Assembly (NCBI GenBank): GCA_900768075.1
Contig: CAAGBN010000068.1
Coordinates: 10,827-74,826, forward strand
Direction of reading: 5' to 3'
Source of the DNA: Clostridia bacterium
GTDB lineage: Bacteria > Bacillota > Clostridia > Oscillospirales > Acutalibacteraceae
Length of the DNA stretch: 64,000 nt
A program made the translations under genes and the position numbers. This document shows, one piece after another, positions 46,681 to 54,640 of this stretch. The notes under the pieces were generated by a model. It made no database searches and was not told the origin of the DNA. It worked only from the letters and a program-made list of their open reading frames with translations. Positions within the stretch are counted from its first letter, which is position 1, and each line of letters begins with the position of its first letter.

Positions 46681-46785
46681 AGTTTCTACAAGAGGCGGGA
46701 TGGGGCTGCGCGAAATCGCCTCGAGGGCGATTTCCGAGGGCACCCTCGAGCCGAACTGCGTTCGGCTGCGCAGCCCCCCGCCGCA
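46681..46785 (+). repeat. Family C four-way-junction repeat, copy C2
   Basis: Closing helix ggggctgcgc 46702-46711 / gcgcagcccc 46768-46777. Hairpins at 46713-46733, 46735-46748 and 46749-46767. The 5' flank agtttctacaagaggcggg matches C1. Confidence 0.8.
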
Positions 46786-46872
46786 AAGCAGGTATTTCCA
46801 CAAAACTTACGGGATAATTTTTCGATGATGAAGAATAAAGCACTGCTTACCCACTATTTATGAATAAAATTG

Positions 46873-46901
46873 TTGACTTGCAATAAAAATCGTGTTATAA
46901 T
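46873..46901 (+). promoter_or_regulatory. Sigma-A promoter of the SCIFF operon
   Basis: TTGACT, 17-nt spacer, TGtTATAAT (extended -10). Confidence 0.65.
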
Positions 46902-46932
46902 AAACCGAACAAACTCACAGGAGGTTAATACC

Positions 46933-47079
46933 ATGAAGCGTATTAAGACAATGGAAACAAAAAATCTTTGCAATTCAGCTAAGAACGGCGGTTGCGGCGA
47001 ATGCCAGACATCCTGCCAGTCAGCATGTAAGACAAGCTGCGGTATCGCTAATCAGCAGTGCGAAAGCAAGCAGAAATAA
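46933..47079 (+). CDS. SCIFF (six-cysteine) ranthipeptide precursor
   Basis: 48 aa: MKRIKTMETKNLCNSAKNGGCGECQTSCQSACKTSCGIANQQCESKQK. The GGCGECQTSCQSACKTSC core is the SCIFF signature. GGAGG RBS. Confidence 0.9.
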   Translation: MKRIKTMETKNLCNSAKNGGCGECQTSCQSACKTSCGIANQQCESKQK

Positions 47080-47097
47080 TTATTGATTTTTGAGATG

Positions 47098-47128
47098 TGC
47101 CGCCGACCTAAACTCGGTGGCATTTTTC
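47098..47128 (+). terminator. Intra-operon attenuating terminator between precursor and maturase
   Basis: tgccgccga / tcggtggca (one G-U pair), loop cctaaac, then ttttt. Confidence 0.6.
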
Positions 47129-47165
47129 CGTAATAAATATAGTTTAAATGAAAGGTAGACTGAAA

Positions 47166-48545
47166 ATGATACATTCCTATAAACTCGGTGGTCTGAATAT
47201 CGTGCTTGATATCTGCTCGGGCTCAGTGCATGTGGTTGACGAGGTTGCTTACGATATAATCGGACTTTATGAAAGCGAGAGCAAAGAAAATATCATCGCT
47301 CAGATGCTTGAGAAGTACGCTGACAGAGACGATGTTACCAAAGAAGAGCTTGAGCTTTGCTTTGAGGATATCGAAGAGCTTAAGGCTCAGGGTAAGCTTT
47401 TTTCAGAGGACACCTTTGAGCCTATGGCAGGGGATCTTAAGAAAAAGAGTGCAGGTATCGTAAAGGCTCTTTGTATGCACATCGCACACACCTGCAATCT
47501 CAACTGCTCTTACTGCTTTGCAAGTCAGGGCAAGTACCACGGTGACAGAGCTATGATGAGCTTCGAGGTTGGTAAGCAGGCTTTTGATTTCCTTATTGCT
47601 AATTCAGGTACAAGAAGAAACCTTGAGGTTGACTTCTTTGGCGGTGAGCCCCTTATGAATTTCGATGTGGTTAAGGAGCTTGTGGCTTATGCAAGAAGCA
47701 TCGAAAAGGATCACGGCAAAAACTTCCGTTTTACTCTCACAACCAACGGTGTGCTTATTGATGACGATGTCATTGACTTTGCCAACAAGGAAATGAGCAA
47801 CGTTGTTTTAAGTCTCGACGGCAGAAAAGAAGTACACGACCGCTTCCGTGTGGACTATAACGGCAAGGGTAGCTGGGATAAGATAGTGCCCAAATTCCAG
47901 AAGCTTGTAGAGGCTCGTGAGGGTAAGAACTATTATATGAGAGGTACCTTCACTCATCATAACCCCGACTTCCTTGAGGATATCAAGGAGATGCTTTCAC
48001 TCGGCTTTAAGGAGCTGAGTATGGAGCCTGTTGTCTGCGCCGCTGATGACCCATCTGCTCTTACAGATGAAGATTTACCTGTAGTTATGAAGCAGTACGA
48101 AGACCTTGCAGAGCTTATGCTTAAAAAGCACAAAGAGGGAGACGGCTTCACATTCTATCACTATATGATTGATCTTAAGGGTGGCCCTTGTATCTATAAG
48201 AGAATTTCAGGTTGTGGCTCGGGTACAGAGTATATGGCTGTAACTCCCTGGGGTGATCTTTATCCCTGCCATCAGTTTGTAGGCGAAGAAAAATACAGGC
48301 TCGGTGATGTCTGGAAGGGTGTTACAAACACAGATGTTCAGAATGAATTTGCAGAGTGCAACGTATATACAAGAGAAGAGTGCCGCAAATGTTGGGCAAG
48401 ACTTTACTGCTCAGGCGGTTGTGCGGCTAATGCCTACCACGCAACAGGCAGCGTAAAGGGTATCTATGCTACAGGCTGTGAGCTTTTCAAAAAGAGAATG
48501 GAATGTGCAATTATGCTTGAAGTTGCCAAGACCTTAGGTGAATAA
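47166..48545 (+). CDS. SCIFF radical SAM / SPASM-domain maturase
   Basis: CNLNCSYC radical-SAM cluster motif and a C-terminal SPASM cysteine set (CRKCWARLYCSGGC). Adjacent to the SCIFF gene. Start likely ATG 47166. Confidence 0.9.
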   Translation: MIHSYKLGGLNIVLDICSGSVHVVDEVAYDIIGLYESESKENIIAQMLEKYADRDDVTKEELELCFEDIEELKAQGKLFSEDTFEPMAGDLKKKSAGIVKALCMHIAHTCNLNCSYCFASQGKYHGDRAMMSFEVGKQAFDFLIANSGTRRNLEVDFFGGEPLMNFDVVKELVAYARSIEKDHGKNFRFTLTTNGVLIDDDVIDFANKEMSNVVLSLDGRKEVHDRFRVDYNGKGSWDKIVPKFQKLVEAREGKNYYMRGTFTHHNPDFLEDIKEMLSLGFKELSMEPVVCAADDPSALTDEDLPVVMKQYEDLAELMLKKHKEGDGFTFYHYMIDLKGGPCIYKRISGCGSGTEYMAVTPWGDLYPCHQFVGEEKYRLGDVWKGVTNTDVQNEFAECNVYTREECRKCWARLYCSGGCAANAYHATGSVKGIYATGCELFKKRMECAIMLEVAKTLGE

Positions 48546-48546
48546 T

Positions 48547-49890
48547 ATGAACACACCACTGAGTGATTTTCTTGAGAAATATTCAGCAGAAAACAAGGTG
48601 CGCTTTCATATGCCGGGTCACAAGGGCAGACCTGTGACAGGTACTGAAGAGCTTGATATCACCGAGGTTGACGGTGCAGATGTGCTTTACAGCGCCTCGG
48701 GTGTAATTAAAGAGAGTATGGACAATGCTTCTGCTCTTTTCGGTACTGCTAAAACTCTCTACAGCACTGAGGGTTCATCTCTTTCAATCAGGGCTATGGT
48801 GTATCTTCTGAAGCTTTATGCTTTAAGAAAGGGTGAAAAGCCTGAAATATTGGCTTTCCGTAATGCCCATAAGACCTTCATCACTGCTTGTGCCGTAACA
48901 GATACAGAAATAACCTGGCTTTACGGCAAGGGAAATAAGGGTATAACCTGCTGTGATATTGATGCTGAGGATGTAAGAGAATATCTCGAAAGCAGAGAAA
49001 AACTGCCTACTGCGCTTTATGTGACTTCGCCCGACTATCTGGGCAATATGGCTGATATCAAGGCACTCTCTGAGCTTTGCAGTGAAAAAGGCATAATCCT
49101 CGCTATTGATAATGCTCACGGAGCGTATCTCAACTTTCTTCCTGAAAATATCCACCCCATAACCTTAGGTGCGGATATCTGCTGTGACTCTGCTCATAAA
49201 ACTCTGCCTGTGCTTACAGGTGGCGCATATCTTCATATCAGCAAAAAAGCCCTCTCACTTTTCAGTGAAAAGGCTGAATATGCACTATCTCTCTTTGCAT
49301 CCACGAGTCCGTCATATCTGATTATGTGCTCTCTTGATAAGGCTAACGGCTTGATTGGTGCCGACTATAAAGATAGTCTTGCAGTTTTCATCGGCAAGGT
49401 ACAAGGTCTTAAAGACAGCCTTACAGCTAAAGGCTATTCTTTCGTTGGAGATGAGCCACTAAAGCTCACATTTGAGAGTAAAAAATACGGATACAAGGGT
49501 ACAGAATTGGCAGAGTACCTTTACAGCAAAAACATAGTCTGTGAGTTCAGCGATGAAGATTACACAGTGCTTATGCTGACACCGTCAAATACAGGGGATG
49601 AGCTTTCATATCTCAAAGAGGTGCTTTCTGATTTACCTTTGAGAGAACAAATCACAGCTAATCCTCCTCGTTTAACAAAGCCTGAAAGAGCAGTGCCTTT
49701 AAGCGAGTGCATTTATATGCCCACGGAAAAAATCAGCACTCAGGCATCTTTGGGCAGAATCTGCGGTGCTGTCAATGTCAGCTGTCCTCCTGCTGTGCCG
49801 ATTGTTATTGCAGGTGAGAGAATAGGCGAGAGTGAAAAGGCTCTGCTGGACTATTACGGTGTGACGGAGATTGAAGTTATAAGTGAATAA
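48547..49890 (+). CDS. Orn/Lys/Arg decarboxylase family PLP enzyme
   Basis: FHMPGHKGR N-terminus and DSAHKTLP (PLP lysine). Starts 1 nt after the maturase stop. Confidence 0.8.
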   Translation: MNTPLSDFLEKYSAENKVRFHMPGHKGRPVTGTEELDITEVDGADVLYSASGVIKESMDNASALFGTAKTLYSTEGSSLSIRAMVYLLKLYALRKGEKPEILAFRNAHKTFITACAVTDTEITWLYGKGNKGITCCDIDAEDVREYLESREKLPTALYVTSPDYLGNMADIKALSELCSEKGIILAIDNAHGAYLNFLPENIHPITLGADICCDSAHKTLPVLTGGAYLHISKKALSLFSEKAEYALSLFASTSPSYLIMCSLDKANGLIGADYKDSLAVFIGKVQGLKDSLTAKGYSFVGDEPLKLTFESKKYGYKGTELAEYLYSKNIVCEFSDEDYTVLMLTPSNTGDELSYLKEVLSDLPLREQITANPPRLTKPERAVPLSECIYMPTEKISTQASLGRICGAVNVSCPPAVPIVIAGERIGESEKALLDYYGVTEIEVISE

Positions 49891-49896
49891 GAATTT

Positions 49897-49927
49897 AAGA
49901 GACAAGACTTGAACTTGTCTCTTTTTT
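49897..49927 (+). terminator. Intrinsic terminator of the SCIFF operon
   Basis: aagagacaag / cttgtctctt, loop acttgaa, then tttt. Confidence 0.8.
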
Positions 49928-49983
49928 GTATGTAATTAAATAAAGTGTTGATTTTTTTTGCATTAAAATGCTAAAATGATTTT

Positions 49984-50199
49984 GCCAAGCAAATCTTAAT
50001 AACAAAGAAAGGTATTCCTTTGATTTTTTCCAAGGGGGTATTGTGCCCTTTTGTCTTTTTGCATATCAAATTGGATTCGTTAAAAACGCGATTCCACTTG
50101 ATGTGCAATTGGTTTACCTTTTGTGATTAAGATTTGTTTGGCGACAATCGGAGTTGCGTTTTATGTGTGCCAGCTTCGGTTGGCGCACTTTTTTATTTT
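49984..50199 (+). ncRNA. Candidate stand-alone structured sRNA (6S-like long closing helix)
   Basis: Promoter TTGATT (49948) ... TGcTAAAAT (49969-49977). 49984-50006 pairs with 50120-50142 (17 contiguous bp, one mismatch, then 5 more). Internal stems 50061-50069/50098-50106 and 50072-50079/50089-50096. Strong terminator at 50165-50199 (10-bp stem, UUCG loop, T-run). No ORF. Confidence 0.45.
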
Positions 50200-50280
50200 G
50201 TGGGGTAAAATTGTGTAGCTTCGTGAAAGGAGAAAATGAAGAAAACAAACCACAAAAATATAAATGAAAGGATTTTTTAA

Positions 50281-51093
50281 ATGAAAAAATTATTATCACT
50301 TGTGCTTGCAGTTATTATGCTTTTATCCATAATGCCTATGGCTTATGCTGAGCGAGCTACATATTCACCTGAAATTGAGGAGTATATTGAGGATTATATA
50401 AAAGCGTACGCTTATGTTAATAGTGTATATGAACCTCGTGAACAGAATTTGGAAGTTAATGACATAATTCTTGAAGCTATCGGTGAAAACACTGCGATTT
50501 TCCCAAAGTATGAAAATCTCATTAACATTGAAGCTGATGGCCGATTAGAGGAAATTACTGCTTCGCATGAGTGCTTTAAAAAAGGTATTGATGAGGTGGA
50601 GAAAAAAATTGCTGACGGTGAACTTGTTGTTGTTATAAATTTTTATGAATTTTGGAAATGTTTTTGGTATCTTGAATGTTGTTATTACAGTTCAAAAGAT
50701 TATATGGAATTAAATGATAGAGTTAAAAATTTAAAAAGCGACAAATATATTGAAGCTGAAATCGCTATAGATACAGTTTATGAAATATTGAGAAGGGAAG
50801 ATAATACATACACCCAGGCTGAATTTGATGCTGCTATGGAAATAATTAAACCTTTTTTTAATTCATGTTGTGCTTGCCTTGATGGCAACCACCCATACGG
50901 CGAATATATATCAGATAACAATGCAACCGAAGAAGCAGACGGCACAAAGACAGCTACCTGTGAATTCTGCGGTGCAACCGATACAATAACCGATGAGGGC
51001 ACAAAGCTCCCAAAAGAAAAAGCTACATTACTTGAAATGATTTTTGATCTTATACAAGATTTCTTTGATTTGATTTTCTCTATGTTTAAATAA
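50281..51093 (+). CDS. Secreted protein of unknown function (low GC)
   Basis: Signal peptide MKKLLSLVLAVIMLLSIMPMAYA. Cys-rich middle region, CEFCG motif, and amphipathic C-terminal tail LLEMIFDLIQDFFDLIFSMFK. Confidence 0.6.
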   Translation: MKKLLSLVLAVIMLLSIMPMAYAERATYSPEIEEYIEDYIKAYAYVNSVYEPREQNLEVNDIILEAIGENTAIFPKYENLINIEADGRLEEITASHECFKKGIDEVEKKIADGELVVVINFYEFWKCFWYLECCYYSSKDYMELNDRVKNLKSDKYIEAEIAIDTVYEILRREDNTYTQAEFDAAMEIIKPFFNSCCACLDGNHPYGEYISDNNATEEADGTKTATCEFCGATDTITDEGTKLPKEKATLLEMIFDLIQDFFDLIFSMFK

Positions 51094-51100
51094 AAACCAA

Positions 51101-51136
51101 AAGGCAACTACCACACAGTAGTTGCCTTGAATTTTT
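51101..51136 (+). terminator. Intrinsic terminator
   Basis: aaggcaactac / gtagttgcctt perfect stem followed by gaattttt. Confidence 0.75.
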
Positions 51137-51188
51137 GTACAGAGCCTTAGTCTTAGTATCTCTTTCTTATACCGCCAAAAACGTCGGG

Positions 51189-52049
51189 TCAGTTGGTGAA
51201 TTTACTTTTTGATACATACTCCTTTGGAGTTATGCCATATTCTGCTGTGAAAGCCCGGTAAAACCCTGCATAATCATTGAATCCGCAGTGTATAGCTGCA
51301 GTTGTGGGCTTGATGCCGCTTGAAAGCATCTGCTTTGCATTGATGAGTCTTTTAAGGGTGATGTATCTGTTGACAGATGTGCCGACCACACTGTTAAAGG
51401 CGTGAGAAAGATAATACTTACTGATGAAAAAATCATCGGCTATAGATGAAAGCGAAATCTTTTCGCAGTAGTGCTGATTGATATAAGAGAGCACATCGGG
51501 GATAAAAGGAAAAGAGGATTTGTCGCTTTCAACCTTTTTATCTGTGCTGAGGGTGAGTCTGTTGAGCTCAACTAAAAATCGGGTGAGTATAGCCTCTGCA
51601 GCAAGGTCGCTGCCATAGTCGGTGCTTGAGGATTCTTCTATAAGCTCCCCGAGCTTTGAGGATATATATTTCTGCTGAGGCTTCGAGAGCCTGAGCAGGT
51701 TAGTGTGCTGTGGGTTGGTGTTGTCGAAGCACTGACTTAAGCTTGTATTATTATTGCAAAGTCGGGAAAGATAGTTTTTGTTTATCCATAATACAATACG
51801 CTCATAGGGGTTCTGGTCAGGCCTGATTCTCGGCTGATGAAGCTCAAGGGGATTGATGAGAAGCAGATCGCCCTCTTTCAGAAGATAGCTCTTACCCTCT
51901 ACGTTATATTCCACATTTCCGCTGATAAAAAAGTAAACCTCATAGAAGTCGTGCTGATGCACAGCGACACCCTCAAACTTAGGATCACGGTAATGGAAAA
52001 TCTCAAAAGCAGAGCTTGACATACTCTGTCTGGGGTCAAAAACCTGCAT
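51189..52049 (-). CDS. AraC family transcriptional regulator (cupin + HTH)
   Basis: N-terminal cupin (HQHDFYEVYFF) and a C-terminal double HTH (ISKYYLSHAF...GFNDYAGFYRAF). Divergent from uxaC. Confidence 0.85.
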   Translation of the reverse strand: MQVFDPRQSMSSSAFEIFHYRDPKFEGVAVHQHDFYEVYFFISGNVEYNVEGKSYLLKEGDLLLINPLELHQPRIRPDQNPYERIVLWINKNYLSRLCNNNTSLSQCFDNTNPQHTNLLRLSKPQQKYISSKLGELIEESSSTDYGSDLAAEAILTRFLVELNRLTLSTDKKVESDKSSFPFIPDVLSYINQHYCEKISLSSIADDFFISKYYLSHAFNSVVGTSVNRYITLKRLINAKQMLSSGIKPTTAAIHCGFNDYAGFYRAFTAEYGITPKEYVSKSKFTN

Positions 52050-52160
52050 AAAATCACCTCTTTTATATCATATAGCAATATAAACAATCAGTCAAGCAAT
52101 TTTTACAATTTTTATTGTGAAAATAATGTGGTAAAATTAAAATACTAAAATAGGAGGACT

Positions 52161-53579
52161 ATGTCAATGACAGAGTTTATGACAAAGGATTTTCTTCTTG
52201 ATACTGACACGGCAAAGGTGCTTTATCACGATTATGCGGCTAAACTCCCCATTATCGACTACCACTGCCACGTAAGTCCCAAGGAGATATATGAAGACTT
52301 AAGATTTGAAAACATTACTCAGCTCTGGCTTTACGGTGACCATTACAAATGGCGTCTTATGAGAAGCAACGGAGTCAGTGAAGAGTATATCACAGGCAAG
52401 AACACAAGCGATAAGGACAAGTTTCTGAAATTCGCTGAAACTCTGCCTAAGGCTATCGGTAATCCCATGTATCATTGGTGCCACTTTGAGCTTAAGCGTT
52501 ACTTCGGTTATGAGGGCATCCTCAATGCTGACACAGCTGAAGAGGTCTGGAACGTAACAAGCGAAAGGCTCAAGGAAGCTCATATGAGTGTTCGCGGAAT
52601 TATCGAAATGAGCAACGTCTCATTTATCGGTACAACTGACGATCCTGTTGATTCACTTGAGTGGCACGGCAAAATTGCTGAGGATAAGAGCTTCAAGACT
52701 ATTGTAGCTCCCTCATTCAGACCCGACAAAGCATTTAACCTTAATGCAGATATCTTCCCCGGTTACATAAAGACTCTCAGTGAGGTTTCAGGTGTAGAAA
52801 TCAAAGACATCGCAGCACTTAAAGAGGCTCTTTATAAGAGAATGAAGCACTTCGATGCTTTCGGCTGTAAGGCAAGTGACCACGGTATTAACTATCCCGT
52901 TTACTGTGAAATGAGCGAGGACGAAATGAATGCCGCTCTTCTTAAGGCTATGGCAGGTGAAAAGGTAAGCGAAAAAGAGCTTGAAGCTGTACAGACTGAA
53001 ATGATTCTCTTCTGCAGCGAAAAATATGCTGAGCTCGGTTGGGCAATGCAGATTCATTATAATTGTATGAGAAACCCCAACACAGTAATGTTTAATAAGC
53101 TCGGTCCCGATACAGGCTTTGACGTTATCGGACCTCACAATGGTTCAGTTGCTCTTGCTAAGCTTCTCGATAAGATGTATCTTAGTGGCAAGATGCCCAA
53201 GATTATTCTTTATTCGCTTGATGCAGGTGACAATTCATTTATAGATACAATTCTCGGTGCATTCCAGAGAGAGGGCTATCCCGGTACTATTCAGCACGGT
53301 AGTGCCTGGTGGTTCAACGATACAAAGAACGGTATGCGCGAACAGATGATAAGCCTTGCGTCCCTCGGTCTTCTCGGCAACTTCGTCGGTATGCTTACAG
53401 ACTCAAGAAGCTTTTTAAGCTACACAAGACACGAATACTTCAGAAGAATTCTCTGTCAGTTAATCGGTCAGTGGGTTGAAGCAGGCGAGTACCCCAATGA
53501 TATGAAGGCTCTCGCTCAGATTACAGAAGATATTTCTTTCTATAACGCTAAAAGATTTTTTGATTTGGAGGTAAAATAA
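52161..53579 (+). CDS. uxaC: Glucuronate isomerase
   Basis: FLLDTDTAKVLYHDYA...PIIDYHCH signature. ATG 52167 has better RBS spacing and may be the true start. Confidence 0.9.
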   Translation: MSMTEFMTKDFLLDTDTAKVLYHDYAAKLPIIDYHCHVSPKEIYEDLRFENITQLWLYGDHYKWRLMRSNGVSEEYITGKNTSDKDKFLKFAETLPKAIGNPMYHWCHFELKRYFGYEGILNADTAEEVWNVTSERLKEAHMSVRGIIEMSNVSFIGTTDDPVDSLEWHGKIAEDKSFKTIVAPSFRPDKAFNLNADIFPGYIKTLSEVSGVEIKDIAALKEALYKRMKHFDAFGCKASDHGINYPVYCEMSEDEMNAALLKAMAGEKVSEKELEAVQTEMILFCSEKYAELGWAMQIHYNCMRNPNTVMFNKLGPDTGFDVIGPHNGSVALAKLLDKMYLSGKMPKIILYSLDAGDNSFIDTILGAFQREGYPGTIQHGSAWWFNDTKNGMREQMISLASLGLLGNFVGMLTDSRSFLSYTRHEYFRRILCQLIGQWVEAGEYPNDMKALAQITEDISFYNAKRFFDLEVK

Positions 53580-53580
53580 A

Positions 53581-54627
53581 ATGAAAATGTCTTTCAGATG
53601 GTACGGTCAGGACGATCCCGTATCCCTTAAGTACATCAGCCAGATTCCCAATATGAGATCAGTTGTTTCGGCAGTGTACGATGTTAAGCCCGGTCAGGTA
53701 TGGCCTGAGGAAAGCATCAAAAGAGTCAAGGATGACTGCGAAAAGAACGGTCTTATCTTTGATATCGTTGAGTCAATCCCCGTACCCGAGGATATCAAGC
53801 TCGGCTCAGAGAATGCTGATGAACTCATTGAGGTTTACTGCGAAAACATCAGACGCTGTGCAAAGTACGGTGTTAAGTGTGTAACATATAACTTTATGCC
53901 CGTTTTCGACTGGACAAGAACTCAGCTCGATAAAGAAGCTCCCGACGGCTCAACAAGCCTTGTTATGTATTGGGAACAGATGCAGGGTCTTGATCCTCTC
54001 GTTGACGATATCGATCTTCCCGGTTGGGACGCAAGCTATACTAAAGACGAAATCAAGGAGCTCTTCAAGAAGTACGCTGAAATCGGTGAAGAGGGCCTCT
54101 GGAAGAACCTTGAAACCTTCCTTAAGAAGATTATCCCCGTTGCTGAAGAATGTGGCGTAAGAATGGCTATTCATCCCGATGATCCTCCATATCCCATCTT
54201 CGGTCTTCCCAGAATCATTACAAACGAAGAAAACCTTGACCGTTTCCTTAAGATTGTTGATTCACCTGCTAACTCACTTTGCCTTTGCACAGGCTCACTC
54301 GGTTGCGCTAAGTTCAACGATATCCCCAAGATGGTAAGAAAATACAGCGCTATGGACAGAATCGCATTTATGCACATCCGTAACGTACTCGTAATGGATG
54401 ACGGCTCATTTGAGGAAAGCGGTCACCTTTCAAAATGCGGCAGCATCGATATGTACGAGGTTGTTAAGGCTCTCGTTGAAACAGGCTTTGACGGCTATGT
54501 AAGACCTGACCACGGCAGAATGATCTGGGGTGAAACAGGCAGACCCGGTTACGGTCTTTATGACAGAGCACTCGGTGCGGCATATATCAACGGTCTCTTT
54601 GAGGCTTGCGAAAAAGCAACTAAATAA
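53581..54627 (+). CDS. uxuA: Mannonate dehydratase
   Basis: MKMSFRWYG...NFMPVFDWTRT signature. Confidence 0.9.
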   Translation: MKMSFRWYGQDDPVSLKYISQIPNMRSVVSAVYDVKPGQVWPEESIKRVKDDCEKNGLIFDIVESIPVPEDIKLGSENADELIEVYCENIRRCAKYGVKCVTYNFMPVFDWTRTQLDKEAPDGSTSLVMYWEQMQGLDPLVDDIDLPGWDASYTKDEIKELFKKYAEIGEEGLWKNLETFLKKIIPVAEECGVRMAIHPDDPPYPIFGLPRIITNEENLDRFLKIVDSPANSLCLCTGSLGCAKFNDIPKMVRKYSAMDRIAFMHIRNVLVMDDGSFEESGHLSKCGSIDMYEVVKALVETGFDGYVRPDHGRMIWGETGRPGYGLYDRALGAAYINGLFEACEKATK

Positions 54628-54640
54628 GGAGGAAACTACA

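Noticed and set aside
54530-54640. Long 5' extension of the SDR ORF overlapping uxuA
   Set aside because: ATG 54641 has an AGGAGG RBS and yields the normal TGxxxGxG N-terminus. The extension is the uxuA 3' end read in another frame.
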